From Alphaproteobacteria bacterium endosymbiont of Tiliacea citrago (lineage in GTDB: Bacteria > Pseudomonadota > Alphaproteobacteria > CAJXXZ01 > DAHXLG01), in the NCBI RefSeq assembly GCF_964031065.1, contig NZ_OZ034995.1, positions 150,417 to 182,416 on the forward strand: DNA of 32,000 nucleotides, in the 5' to 3' direction. A program made the position numbers and the translations under genes. Positions 10,096 through 18,913 of this stretch are shown in pieces (position 1 is the first letter of the stretch; each line of letters begins with the position of its first letter). The notes beneath the pieces are model-generated. The model ran no database searches. It worked only from the letters and a program-made list of their open reading frames with translations, and had not been told where the DNA came from.

Positions 10096-10608
10096 TTAAT
10101 TATTTGTCGCTAGCTCTATTGAGTTTTGAATTAAATTTTTTGTTACATTGAATTTATTAAATAAAGTTAAAAAGTTGTCTTCATTCTTCACTAAAAACGA
10201 AGATATCGATGATGTTAATTTCTTTTTTTAATTTATTTTCTAATTCGGTTGATTCTTTTAAAAGATTATCAAAATCATTTTTGTGTTTAGAAAGAAAATC
10301 ATTAAAAAACTCCTTTTCTGAACTTGAAAGCTCCATTAAATCCAAAACCGTTTCATCTGAATTTTATGTGTTCTCTTTCTTTGTTAAAACAAAATTTTTT
10401 ATTGACATATTAAGTCCGAACAAAGATAAAACTTGAATAAGCTTTTAATAAATGTTTTTATATTTTCGTTTTACTTTATATCTTCAATTATTTCAGCTTT
10501 AAATGAAAAAATATCGTATGTATAATCAAAATATTTTGAATTGTGTTTTTGAAAAGCATCTGCTAAATTGTTTTGTAATTGAAACCTTATATTTTCACCA
10601 AAATACAA
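10096..10608 (-). pseudogene. decayed minus-strand gene remnant: collinear ORF fragments broken by two in-frame TAA stops and two frameshifts
   Basis: Hand translation of the minus strand gives these fragments: ..GENIRFQLQNNLADAFQKHNSKYFDYTYDIFSFKAEIIEDIK*NENIKTFIKSLFKFYLCSDL.. / MSIKNFVLTKKENT*NSDETVLDLMELSSSEKEFFNDFLSKHKNDFDNLLKESTELENKLKK / (shift at the A7 run, plus-strand T7 at 10223..10229) KLTSSISSFLVKNEDNFLTLFNKFNVTKNLIQNSIELATNN*. The final stop is 21 nt before the comM start, which is normal operon spacing. Confidence 0.35.
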
Positions 10609-10625
10609 AAAATAATTAACCTTTT

Positions 10626-11093
10626 TTATTCTCCTTTTGTAATCTCAACAATTAAAGAATGCTCTAAATCACCGTAAATGTTTATTATGACTGAGTGTTC
10701 TCCTAGAGTTTTTATCATTTTGTCTATTTTGATGTTTTGTTTGGTTAATTCTACTCCTTTTGTTTTGAAAAATTCTATTATTTCATCTTGTTTTAAGGAT
10801 GCATACAACGTATCAGAGTGGGATACTCTTCTAACAAATGAAATTTTATTGAATTTTTTTAATTTATTTAAAATTTCTTCTGCATTTTTTAAATTTAATG
10901 ATTCTTCTTTTTTCCATTCTTCTTTTTTTTGATCAATACTATTTAAAACTTCTTTTGTGGCTCTTTCTGCTTTATTAAAACGCTCTAAATACCTTGCAAA
11001 TCCTCTTCTTGCATTTATAACGTCTCCAATTCCACCTTTTCCTCTAATTGGCTGTTTTAATACGCATTGAACTTTTTTTGATGCCCTTTTCAT
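10626..11093 (-). CDS. rplI: 50S ribosomal protein L9
   Basis: From the Met at 11093, MKRASKKVQCVLKQPIRGKGGIGDVINARRGFARYL matches the L9 N-domain (lG..Gd.v.V..GYaRNyL). The C-domain contains TLGEHSVIINIYGDLEHSLIVEI. Its start overlaps the rplQ stop as ATGA. Confidence 0.85.
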   Translation of the reverse strand: MKRASKKVQCVLKQPIRGKGGIGDVINARRGFARYLERFNKAERATKEVLNSIDQKKEEWKKEESLNLKNAEEILNKLKKFNKISFVRRVSHSDTLYASLKQDEIIEFFKTKGVELTKQNIKIDKMIKTLGEHSVIINIYGDLEHSLIVEITKGE

Positions 11094-11452
11094 AATATAT
11101 CTCCTGAAAAACATAAACGCGCAATATGTGCTGAATCACCTTTTCTTTGTCCTAATTTTACAATTTTTGAATATCCTCCGTTAATTTCTTTTAACTGTTC
11201 TGCTATTTCAAAAATTCTTTTTACAACTATTTCATCATTTCTGAAAAAAGATAACAAATATCTTCTTGTCTCTAAATTTGATATCTTTGCTTTCGTAATT
11301 AATTTTTCCAAGATTGGTTGAACACATTTTGCTTTTGCTAATGTTGTGTCTATTTTTTTATGCAAAACCGTAGAACGAATTAAGTTATATCTTAGCGCTG
11401 TTCTGTGCTTTGTATCTCTCCCCAATTTATAATGTTTTACTTGATGTTTCAT
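11090..11452 (-). CDS. rplQ: 50S ribosomal protein L17
   Basis: MKHQVKHYKLGRDTKHRTALRYNLIRSTVLHKKIDTTLAKAK matches the L17 N-terminus, and the gene follows rpoA. Confidence 0.9.
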   Translation of the reverse strand: MKHQVKHYKLGRDTKHRTALRYNLIRSTVLHKKIDTTLAKAKCVQPILEKLITKAKISNLETRRYLLSFFRNDEIVVKRIFEIAEQLKEINGGYSKIVKLGQRKGDSAHIARLCFSGDIL

Positions 11453-11464
11453 GATTTTTTTCCT

Positions 11465-12454
11465 TTACCTTATTAACATATCATCTTCGGCATCTTCAAC
11501 TGGCGCTTTCCATCCAGTTACATCCATACCTAAAGTTAATCCTATATTTCCCAAAAGTTCAACCAATTGATTTAGAGAATTTTCCCCAAAATTAGGTTTT
11601 TCCAATAATTCTTTTTGAGTAAATTGAACCAATTCACCCACATATCGAATATTAAGACTTTTTATACAATTTAATATTCTTGTTGTCATACCTTGAATTT
11701 CACTTATTTTATAATATAAAGTATCACTTAAAATTCTTAATTGCTTTTCTGGAACGTCATCTTGTGCAGCTGTTATCATTCTTTCTGATATATTTGACAT
11801 TTCTTGTCTCCATATATCTATTGCTTGATCCATTGCTTCATCTGGTGAAACGGCTCCATTTGTTTGCACAAAAAGGCTTAAGTTTTCTTCTTTAAAATTA
11901 TTTTCTATACTTGTAATTTGAAAATTAACTGTTAATATTGGGTTGAAAAAAGAATCGCAAATTATGGCCTCAGAATCATACTCATGTTCGCTTACTTCAT
12001 TTGATAAAATTATTCCCACACCTCGCTCAACGTATAATTCTATTTTTAATGACGCTTCTTCTTCTAGTGTACACAAATATAGATTTTCATTAACAATTGA
12101 ATAACTCATGCATTTTACATCTGAAGCAAACACCTCTCCTGCTCTTGAAACATTTAATGTAGCTCTTGCAAAAGTTGCGCCTCCTTTAAAAACGATTTTT
12201 CTTAAGTTCATTATTAATTCTTGAGCGCTTTCTTTTACACCTGAAATTGCAGAAAACTCATGATTTAAACCGTTTATCAAAACATACCTTATTGCATTAC
12301 CAGGAATTTGACTAAATAACGTTCTTCTTAGTGAGTTACCTAAAGTTACTCCCATATTTTTTGTTACTTTGTATTTAAACTCTCTATAAAAATCGTCTGA
12401 TGTTTGAAATTTTGCATCAGAACATAAGGATTCTAACTTGGTTTTTTGTAACAT
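11465..12454 (-). CDS. rpoA: DNA-directed RNA polymerase alpha subunit
   Basis: GVTLGNSLRRTLFSQIPG and the C-terminal-domain sequence TRILNCIKSLNIRYVGELVQFTQKELLEKPNFGENSLNQL are typical of RpoA. It sits between rpsK and rplQ. Confidence 0.95.
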   Translation of the reverse strand: MLQKTKLESLCSDAKFQTSDDFYREFKYKVTKNMGVTLGNSLRRTLFSQIPGNAIRYVLINGLNHEFSAISGVKESAQELIMNLRKIVFKGGATFARATLNVSRAGEVFASDVKCMSYSIVNENLYLCTLEEEASLKIELYVERGVGIILSNEVSEHEYDSEAIICDSFFNPILTVNFQITSIENNFKEENLSLFVQTNGAVSPDEAMDQAIDIWRQEMSNISERMITAAQDDVPEKQLRILSDTLYYKISEIQGMTTRILNCIKSLNIRYVGELVQFTQKELLEKPNFGENSLNQLVELLGNIGLTLGMDVTGWKAPVEDAEDDMLIR

Positions 12455-12847
12455 TTAGCTTCTCCTTCTTTTTTTTAATCTTGTTCCGTTGTGCATTATT
12501 GGGGTTGCATCGTGAATTTCTAAAACATTAAAACTATTTGCAATTGTTTTTAATCCTGAATCTCTACCTGCTCCCATTCCCTTCATAATTACAACTACAT
12601 CGCTTACTTTGAAATCTTTTAGTTTTGAACATATAATGTCTGCTGCTGATTGTGCTGCAAAAGGAGTTGATTCTCTTGTGTTTTTAAAACCAGCTGATCC
12701 ACCAGAAGCGGTTGCTACTGGCTCTCCAGATGGCCTACAAGCTGTGATTATTGTGTTATTAAAAGAAGATATTATGTAAATTTTTACTACTCCCTCTATT
12801 TTTTGTTTTTTGCTGTTTGATTTATAATTTTTTTTTGTGTTTTTCAT
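12455..12847 (-). CDS. rpsK: 30S ribosomal protein S11
   Basis: FNNTIITACRPSGEPVATASGGSAGFKNTRESTPFAAQ and the C-terminal DATPIMHNGTRLKKRRR match S11. Confidence 0.95.
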   Translation of the reverse strand: MKNTKKNYKSNSKKQKIEGVVKIYIISSFNNTIITACRPSGEPVATASGGSAGFKNTRESTPFAAQSAADIICSKLKDFKVSDVVVIMKGMGAGRDSGLKTIANSFNVLEIHDATPIMHNGTRLKKRRRS

Positions 12848-12872
12848 ATTTATATCCTTCTTCTAACAAAAA

Positions 12873-13226
12873 TTAGATTATTCCTTTTCTTCTTGTTTCT
12901 GCATTACTATTTGTTCTTTGGCCTCTTACTGGCAAGTTAGCTAAATGCCTTAGCCCTCTGTAGCAACGTATAGATTTCAAAGATATTATGTGTCCACTTT
13001 TTTCTCTTTTTAAATCATTTTCAGTCTTATAGTTTTCATCTATAAAATTTCTAATATTTGTTAACTGATCTTCGCTTAAATCTTTAGTCCTTGAATTTTC
13101 ATCAATATTTAAGCTTTTACAAATAAAAAAGGCCCTCGTCTTTCCTATTCCATATATGTACATCAAAGCATAAGGAACTTTTTTATCTGAAGGAATGTTA
13201 ACCCCTGCAATATTAACTGTTGCCAT
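12873..13226 (-). CDS. rpsM: 30S ribosomal protein S13
   Basis: IAGVNIPSDKKVPYALMYIYGIGKTRA and YRGLRHLANLPVRGQRTNSNAETRRK match S13. AGGAG lies upstream of the start. Confidence 0.95.
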   Translation of the reverse strand: MATVNIAGVNIPSDKKVPYALMYIYGIGKTRAFFICKSLNIDENSRTKDLSEDQLTNIRNFIDENYKTENDLKREKSGHIISLKSIRCYRGLRHLANLPVRGQRTNSNAETRRKGII

Positions 13227-13291
13227 TGTATATTAAACTCCTCTATGATTTAAACAAATCATAAAAATTTCCGCAAGTCTTTTGACTTTTT

Positions 13292-13900
13292 TTAAATTAA
13301 TTTATTTTCTTTTAAGATTTTTTCTAAATTTTTGAAAGATTCTTCTTTTGTTTGCGAGGCATTAAAAGAAACATAATTAACTTTATTTTTAATGTAAAAA
13401 TTTTTGATCAAAATTCTGTTTTTATTATAATTTGCCAATCTCTGATAAAAAATTGTTTTATTATCATCCTCTCTAATTACAAATCTATTTGAACCACAGT
13501 CACAAAAATCTTTTCGACAGTCTTCACAAATTTTTCGATTTAAAACTCTTAAAAGGAAATCCTCTTCTTTTGCAGAAAATTCAACTATTAAATCAATTTT
13601 TAATTTTTTTTTTACAAGAAAATCATTAAAAAAAACAGCTTGTTCTAAGGTTCTTGGATAACCGTCTAATATTAAGTTTTTTTCAAAAATTGATTTATCT
13701 ATGTTGTTAAAAATCAAATCAGAAGAAACAAAGTTTCCTTTGTCTATTAATTCTGAAACTTTTAAACCAAGCTCATCATTTTTTTTTGTTAATTCTCTCA
13801 AAAAGCTTCCAAAAGAAAAATTTGAAATTTTATATATTTCTTGAAATAAATTTGATTGTGTTCCCTTTCCACATCCTGGTGGACCAATAAACAAAATCAT
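13292..13900 (-). CDS. adk: adenylate kinase
   Basis: The P-loop is MILFIGPPGCGKGTQ, followed by ILDGYPRT and a Cys-containing lid (CEDCRKDFCDCG). It follows secY, as in alphaproteobacteria. Confidence 0.9.
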   Translation of the reverse strand: MILFIGPPGCGKGTQSNLFQEIYKISNFSFGSFLRELTKKNDELGLKVSELIDKGNFVSSDLIFNNIDKSIFEKNLILDGYPRTLEQAVFFNDFLVKKKLKIDLIVEFSAKEEDFLLRVLNRKICEDCRKDFCDCGSNRFVIREDDNKTIFYQRLANYNKNRILIKNFYIKNKVNYVSFNASQTKEESFKNLEKILKENKLI

Positions 13901-13905
13901 TTTTT

Positions 13906-15240
13906 TTATTTGAAATAACCTTTTCTGATTGCTTGCATCGATTTTTCTATAAATCTTGAATATACTCCCGCAGAAACTTTATCAATTAAATCGGTTGCTA
14001 CTCCAACAATAATTATATAACTGGTTCCACTAATAGCTAGAAGATTGCTTTGTTTGGTAACAAATAACTCTGGTACACAACACACTAACATTAAATACGT
14101 TCCACCTATTGTTGCAACATAAAACAACTTTTCTTCTAGGAAGGCCTGTGTAGATTTACCTGGAATTTTACCCGCAATTATAGAATCGTTTCTAAATCTT
14201 TTTGCTGTTTCTTCTGGATTAAACACTAATTCAGCATAAATATATGAAGTGCAAAAAATTAAAAAAGCATGAAAACAAACATACAAATAACAACCTTGTG
14301 TTAATGATGCTAAAACCCAGGCACCACTTTCGTATCTTGAAAAATTAAGAATATTATCTAACATTCCTGGAATAGCCATCAAACTACCAGCAAACATAGA
14401 AGGATAGATACCAGCAGGGTTTAATTTCATATAAACCAAATTATCTGGCATGTTTTTAAAAAATGCGTTCCTGTTGTTTAAACTTTGTGCTTTTATTGTT
14501 TTGTAAACTCTTTCGCAAAAAGTCACGAAAAACAACAAAAAAACAGAAAGAAAAATAAACAATGCTAGTTTTGTGTTTGAAACCAAGTTGTTTTTATAAG
14601 CCTGCCACAAAGCAATTGTTGCTCCTGGCACTGACGATACTATGTTCGCATAAATTATGATGGAAGAGCCTGATCCCACACCTCTAATTGAAATTTGATC
14701 TGCGAACCAAACAATTATCATTGTTGAACAAGCAGATATCATCGCCGTTTGTAGTGTAAAAATCAACCCTGGAAACATTACAAGATTGGCGTCAGCTCTA
14801 GACTGTAAATAAGCTGCCCAACCAAAACCTTGAAAAAAAGAAAGAACAAAAGCAGATATTTTTGTGTAATCATTAACCTTTTGCCTCCCTAAAGCGCCTT
14901 CTTTTTTTAATGACGCAAAATAAGTTGAAAAATGATGTGCAAAACCAAACACAAGGCTACATGTTATATACGGAGAAATACCTAAAAACACTACGCTCAT
15001 ACGATTTAACGCACCACCTGAAAATTTATTCAAAAAACCTAAAAAAGATCCACCAAAATGATCTCCAACAACACTTTCCGTTAAAGCATCTAAATTGACA
15101 CCAGGAAACGGAACAAAAGACATAAACCTATATATTATAAGCATTAAAAAGGTAAGTTTTATTTTAGACAAAAACTCTTTATCTAACACAAAACCAAAAA
15201 CTTCGTTTATATAACTTTTAACTATCTTTTCTTGCTTCAT
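13906..15240 (-). CDS. secY: preprotein translocase subunit SecY
   Basis: A 444-aa polytopic membrane protein at the canonical position after rplO. The translation shows ALNRMSVVFLGISPYIT and IRGVGSGSSIIIYANI. Confidence 0.93.
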   Translation of the reverse strand: MKQEKIVKSYINEVFGFVLDKEFLSKIKLTFLMLIIYRFMSFVPFPGVNLDALTESVVGDHFGGSFLGFLNKFSGGALNRMSVVFLGISPYITCSLVFGFAHHFSTYFASLKKEGALGRQKVNDYTKISAFVLSFFQGFGWAAYLQSRADANLVMFPGLIFTLQTAMISACSTMIIVWFADQISIRGVGSGSSIIIYANIVSSVPGATIALWQAYKNNLVSNTKLALFIFLSVFLLFFVTFCERVYKTIKAQSLNNRNAFFKNMPDNLVYMKLNPAGIYPSMFAGSLMAIPGMLDNILNFSRYESGAWVLASLTQGCYLYVCFHAFLIFCTSYIYAELVFNPEETAKRFRNDSIIAGKIPGKSTQAFLEEKLFYVATIGGTYLMLVCCVPELFVTKQSNLLAISGTSYIIIVGVATDLIDKVSAGVYSRFIEKSMQAIRKGYFK

Positions 15241-15683
15241 TTTTTTCTCTCTAAAACAACCAATTTTCCATTGTTTGACTCTATCGCTTTTTTCGCACCT
15301 TCTGATGCTTTATGGGCTTCTATATTAATTGTTTTATCTATTGTTCCAACGATTTTATAAAACAATCTTTTTTTTACCAGCCCAAATTGCTCTAATAAAG
15401 ACCTTGTTAAAACCGTTTTTTCATCAATTAAACCAGAATCAAACAAAGGAAGCAAACGATTTAGAGGTAATTCTGTCGTGTCTTTTTTCACAAAAAAAGA
15501 GTTGTGTTTTGGAATTCTTCTTTCCAACGGAGTTTGTCCTCCTTGGAAATTCCCCAAAGAAACACCGGAGCGGGCTTTTTGACCTTTTTTACCTGTTCCA
15601 GCTTGTTTTCCACTGTTTCCTCTAGGAGCTCTCTTGCTTTTTTTCATAGAGCCTGGAATAAACTGTAATTCATTTAACTTCAT
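15237..15683 (-). CDS. rplO: 50S ribosomal protein L15
   Basis: MKLNELQFIPGSMKKSKRAPRGNSGKQAGTGKKGQKARSG..GGQTPLERRIPK matches L15. Confidence 0.93.
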   Translation of the reverse strand: MKLNELQFIPGSMKKSKRAPRGNSGKQAGTGKKGQKARSGVSLGNFQGGQTPLERRIPKHNSFFVKKDTTELPLNRLLPLFDSGLIDEKTVLTRSLLEQFGLVKKRLFYKIVGTIDKTINIEAHKASEGAKKAIESNNGKLVVLERKK

Positions 15684-15862
15684 TTTTTTATATCCTCCAT
15701 AACAATTAAGTGTTGAACTTTTTTGATCCTGCCAATTGTGGATTCGTTATATTCAACTATAGAAGCATCTCCTATTTTTTTTAATTTTAAAGATGTTAAG
15801 TTTCTAATTTGTTTTTGAACACAGCCATTCGGACTTTTCACCAATTTTAAAAGCTTTTTCAT
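15680..15862 (-). CDS. rpmD: 50S ribosomal protein L30
   Basis: A 60-aa ORF between rpsE and rplO. LKLVKSPNG..QKQIRNLTSLKLKKIGDASIVEYNESTIGRIKKVQHLI fits L30. Confidence 0.85.
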   Translation of the reverse strand: MKKLLKLVKSPNGCVQKQIRNLTSLKLKKIGDASIVEYNESTIGRIKKVQHLIVMEDIKK

Positions 15863-16383
15863 ATTTGTTCTCCAAGCTCTTTTTTCTTTGTATTATAAAA
15901 TAAATTTTCTTTTGGAACAGACCTTCTTCTAGCAATTTCTTTTGGTGTTTTTATACTTGACAAAGCCTTCATAATTGCTCTTACATTGTTAATAGGATTG
16001 TTGCCCAAAACTTTACATACAACATCTTTTACGCCTAAAGCTTCAAACACATATCGCGCAGCTCCACCCGCCACGATACCAGTACCTGCCCTTGCTTTTC
16101 TTATATAAACCAAGCTTTGACAAAACTTAGCCTTAACATCGTAATACAAAGTTCTGCCTTCAAACAAACTTACTTTTATCATTCTTTTTGTGCCAGATCT
16201 GGTTGCTTTTTTTACAGACTCTGGAACTTCCGAGGATTTTCCCAATCCGTAACCAACTCTTCCTTTTTCATCTCCAACCACAACCAAAACAGAACTTCTA
16301 AAAGTTTTTCCACCACTGTTTACTCTAGCGACTCTTCTCATCGAAACAAAATGAGCAACTATATTATTGTTTTTTTCACTCAT
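15859..16383 (-). CDS. rpsE: 30S ribosomal protein S5
   Basis: VSMRRVARVNSGGKTFRSSVLVVVGDEKGRVGYGLGKSSEVPESVKKA and AGTGIVAGGAAR match S5. Confidence 0.95.
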   Translation of the reverse strand: MSEKNNNIVAHFVSMRRVARVNSGGKTFRSSVLVVVGDEKGRVGYGLGKSSEVPESVKKATRSGTKRMIKVSLFEGRTLYYDVKAKFCQSLVYIRKARAGTGIVAGGAARYVFEALGVKDVVCKVLGNNPINNVRAIMKALSSIKTPKEIARRRSVPKENLFYNTKKKELGEQI

Positions 16384-16386
16384 AAC

Positions 16387-16716
16387 CTAAAACCTCATCC
16401 CAGATTCTCTAGCCGATTCAGCTAAATTTTTTACCACTCCATGATAAGCATATTTTCCTCTATCAAAATAAAAAGATAAATTTAAATCTATTTTTTTTGC
16501 AATTTCTGAGCCAACCCACTTAGCTTTTTCAATCTTTGAACTATTATAAACAGGACAAGTTTTTTTGGAAGAAGTAACATCTGCTAAAACGTTTCCAGCT
16601 CTGTCTATAATTTGCGCAGAAACATGCTTACACGATCTATTAACACAAAATCTTAATTTATCTAAGCCTGCACAAGACAAAAGCTTAAATCTATTTCTAC
16701 ATTTCCTATCACTCAT
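16387..16716 (-). CDS. rplR: 50S ribosomal protein L18
   Basis: RFCVNRSCKHVSAQIID and FDRGKYAYHGVVKNLAESARESGMRF match L18. Its start overlaps the rplF stop by 1 nt (TAATG). Confidence 0.93.
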   Translation of the reverse strand: MSDRKCRNRFKLLSCAGLDKLRFCVNRSCKHVSAQIIDRAGNVLADVTSSKKTCPVYNSSKIEKAKWVGSEIAKKIDLNLSFYFDRGKYAYHGVVKNLAESARESGMRF

Positions 16717-17267
16717 TATTTCTTTCCTTCTTTCTTCACAACAAATGCTCCACTTTCAATTATTCCTTTTGTTTTATATGGATTAACTTTTCTTATTTTT
16801 GATATTTTTGCTGCAAAATCACCCAAATCAATTTTAGAACAACTTTTTAAAATAATTTGAGTTGGTGTTTTTATTTCAAAATCTATATTCGAAGGCGGTG
16901 TAATTTTTATTGAATGAGAATATCCAACAAAAAACTCTAAAACACCATCAAGATTTAAAACTTTATATCCAACCCCGTATAAATTAAGAACCTTCTCAAA
17001 TTTTTTCCAAACCCCATTCATTCCGTTACGAAATAACACTACATTAGTTCCTAACTCAGCGGATGACAAAGAATCGGAGGAAAACTCTATTTGTTGATTT
17101 TCTTTGTTTAAAATAACAGAAACTTTAGAAGAAAACCCTACGTTTAATTCACCCTGAGGCCCCTTAAACAACACATTGTTGTCATTCAACTCATAAGTAA
17201 CACCAGCTGGCAAGAACGTTTTTTTCTTTACAACTCTGGAAACCTTCTTTTTTTCATTAGCGATCAT
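16716..17267 (-). CDS. rplF: 50S ribosomal protein L6
   Basis: I start it at the internal Met 17267 (MIANEKKKVSRVVKKKTFLPAGVTYEL), 4 nt after the rpsH stop. The ORF-track start at 17318 lies inside rpsH. LYGVGYKV and NPYKTKGI match L6. Confidence 0.9.
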   Translation of the reverse strand: MIANEKKKVSRVVKKKTFLPAGVTYELNDNNVLFKGPQGELNVGFSSKVSVILNKENQQIEFSSDSLSSAELGTNVVLFRNGMNGVWKKFEKVLNLYGVGYKVLNLDGVLEFFVGYSHSIKITPPSNIDFEIKTPTQIILKSCSKIDLGDFAAKISKIRKVNPYKTKGIIESGAFVVKKEGKK

Positions 17268-17271
17268 AAAC

Positions 17272-17670
17272 TCAACACCCCATCCAAAACAAAACTTCTC
17301 CGCCAAGATTAGATTCAATTGCTTTTTTTACAGGCATTACACCTTGATCATTTGAAACAACCGCAAACTTAAAATCATGCATATATTTTTTTAGATCATC
17401 ACATTTTTTATAAATTCTATTCTTTGGAGTTGAAACAAACTTCATCTTATCAACCAAAGCAGCTCCATCAAAATATTTTAATGAAACCGAACAACATTGT
17501 TTTAACTTCTTAGATTCAGTCATTGAAAAATCTAAAATAAACCCTTCTTCTTTTAACACTTCCAAAACTTTGAGACAAAGCTTTGTTCCACGAACATCTA
17601 CAAAATCTTTTCTAGAAGCGCTCGCATTTTTAATTCTTGTTAAACCATCAGTCAACCAATTCATTACCAA
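17272..17670 (-). CDS. rpsH: 30S ribosomal protein S8
   Basis: LTDGLTRIKNASASRKDFVDVRGTKLCLKVLEVLKEEGFILDF matches S8. Confidence 0.93.
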   Translation of the reverse strand: MVMNWLTDGLTRIKNASASRKDFVDVRGTKLCLKVLEVLKEEGFILDFSMTESKKLKQCCSVSLKYFDGAALVDKMKFVSTPKNRIYKKCDDLKKYMHDFKFAVVSNDQGVMPVKKAIESNLGGEVLFWMGC

Positions 17671-17963
17671 CTCGCTTTCTTTAATCCAGGAATAAAATGA
17701 ATAAATTCCCTCATCATAATTCTAGATACTCCAAATTTATTATAAAAACCCCTTCCTCTTCCTGTTATTGCACATCTGTTTCTGTATCTTACCTTAGAAG
17801 AGTCAACCGGTAAGTTGTCTAACTTTTGGATTAAAAGCAATTTTTCTTTTATGTTTAAACTTGGATCTTTTATTTTGTTTTTTAATTCTTGCCTCTTTAA
17901 CGCAAATCTTTCACCTAAAATTTTACGCTTAGAGTTCCTTTCTAACACTGATTTTTTAGCCAT
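17664..17963 (-). CDS. rpsN: 30S ribosomal protein S14 (long, non-zinc type)
   Basis: MAKKSVLERNSKRK, RNRCAITGRGRGFYNKFGVSRIMMRE and the C-terminal GLKKASW match S14. Confidence 0.93.
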   Translation of the reverse strand: MAKKSVLERNSKRKILGERFALKRQELKNKIKDPSLNIKEKLLLIQKLDNLPVDSSKVRYRNRCAITGRGRGFYNKFGVSRIMMREFIHFIPGLKKASW

Positions 17964-17989
17964 AATTTTACCTTATCATAAATCCTTAA

Positions 17990-18568
17990 TTATTCAAACG
18001 CCTTAGAATCTTCAAAAGGCAACCCAAAAGATTCTAAAACATTTTTTTGTAAGTTGTTGTTTGCAACATTAAAAACAAACGTTATATTCATACCAAACGT
18101 AAAATCATAAGTATTTAATTTTGCAATAATTTCAGGAAAAACCAAAGTTGAATCTTTTAAACCAAAAGAATAAGACTTGCCATTAAAAGACTTTGAGCTT
18201 AATCCTTTGAAGTCTCTCATTCTTGGCAAATATATTAATTTCAATCTATCAATAAATTCATACATTTTTTTTCCACGCATTGTGACCTTTACGCCAGTTT
18301 TCATTCCTTCTCTAACATCAAAAGCGGCTACAGATTTTTTTGCCGTTGTTAAAACAGCGTGCTGATTAGCAATAAAAGACAATGATTTTTGTATTTTTTC
18401 CATATCTGCTGAATTTTTAAAAAACTTACCAGCTCCCACACTTAAATAAATAGCTTTTATTTTAGGAACCATCATTATATTTTTTAAAGAATTTCTTGAT
18501 TTTAGTTCTTGATTAACCGATTCAATCAAAGAATAAGATGATTGAAAAACATGTGATAATTTAGACAT
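17990..18568 (-). CDS. rplE: 50S ribosomal protein L5
   Basis: NIMMVPKIKAIYLSVGAG, VTMRGKKMYEFIDRL and RDFKGLS.KSFNGKSYSFGL match L5. Confidence 0.93.
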   Translation of the reverse strand: MSKLSHVFQSSYSLIESVNQELKSRNSLKNIMMVPKIKAIYLSVGAGKFFKNSADMEKIQKSLSFIANQHAVLTTAKKSVAAFDVREGMKTGVKVTMRGKKMYEFIDRLKLIYLPRMRDFKGLSSKSFNGKSYSFGLKDSTLVFPEIIAKLNTYDFTFGMNITFVFNVANNNLQKNVLESFGLPFEDSKAFE

Positions 18569-18902
18569 TTTCTTTCTCCTTATATTCTTTTACAACTCTT
18601 ATAACTTCACCACTTTTTTTTGAAATCAAGAGTTTTTTATTGTCTTTAATCTCTATTTTTGTCTTTGTTGGCTTAGCACTCTTTGGATCAACATGGGCAA
18701 CATTAGATATGTGTATAGGCATCTCCTTAAATTCAGATCCACCCGCCATTATTTTCTTTTTATTGAAACATTTCACAACTTGCACACCAGAAACAACAAC
18801 TCTATTTCTTTTTATTAAAACAGATTTCACGATTCCAGTTTTTCCTTTATCTTTACCAGCAAGTATAAAAACATTATCACCTCTTTTTATTCTTATTTTC
18901 AT
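18561..18902 (-). CDS. rplX: 50S ribosomal protein L24
   Basis: The KOW motif reads MKIRIKRGDNVFILAGKDKGKTGIVKSV. The gene sits between rplN and rplE. Confidence 0.92.
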   Translation of the reverse strand: MKIRIKRGDNVFILAGKDKGKTGIVKSVLIKRNRVVVSGVQVVKCFNKKKIMAGGSEFKEMPIHISNVAHVDPKSAKPTKTKIEIKDNKKLLISKKSGEVIRVVKEYKEKENV

Positions 18903-18913
18903 ATATACCTCTT

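Noticed and set aside
10209-10436. The 75-aa plus-strand ORF as a real gene in the rplI-comM gap
   Set aside because: Its F/S/L-rich composition is typical of shadow ORFs here. The opposite strand gives protein-like K/E/N-rich fragments in operon orientation. I interpret it as the antisense shadow of a decayed minus-strand gene.
10096-10608. In-frame TAA codons in the remnant as evidence for stop-codon reassignment
   Set aside because: Most confidently identified genes in the window terminate at TAA at the expected protein ends, and TGA also serves as a stop (rplQ, ndk, the regulator). The standard bacterial code fits everywhere else.
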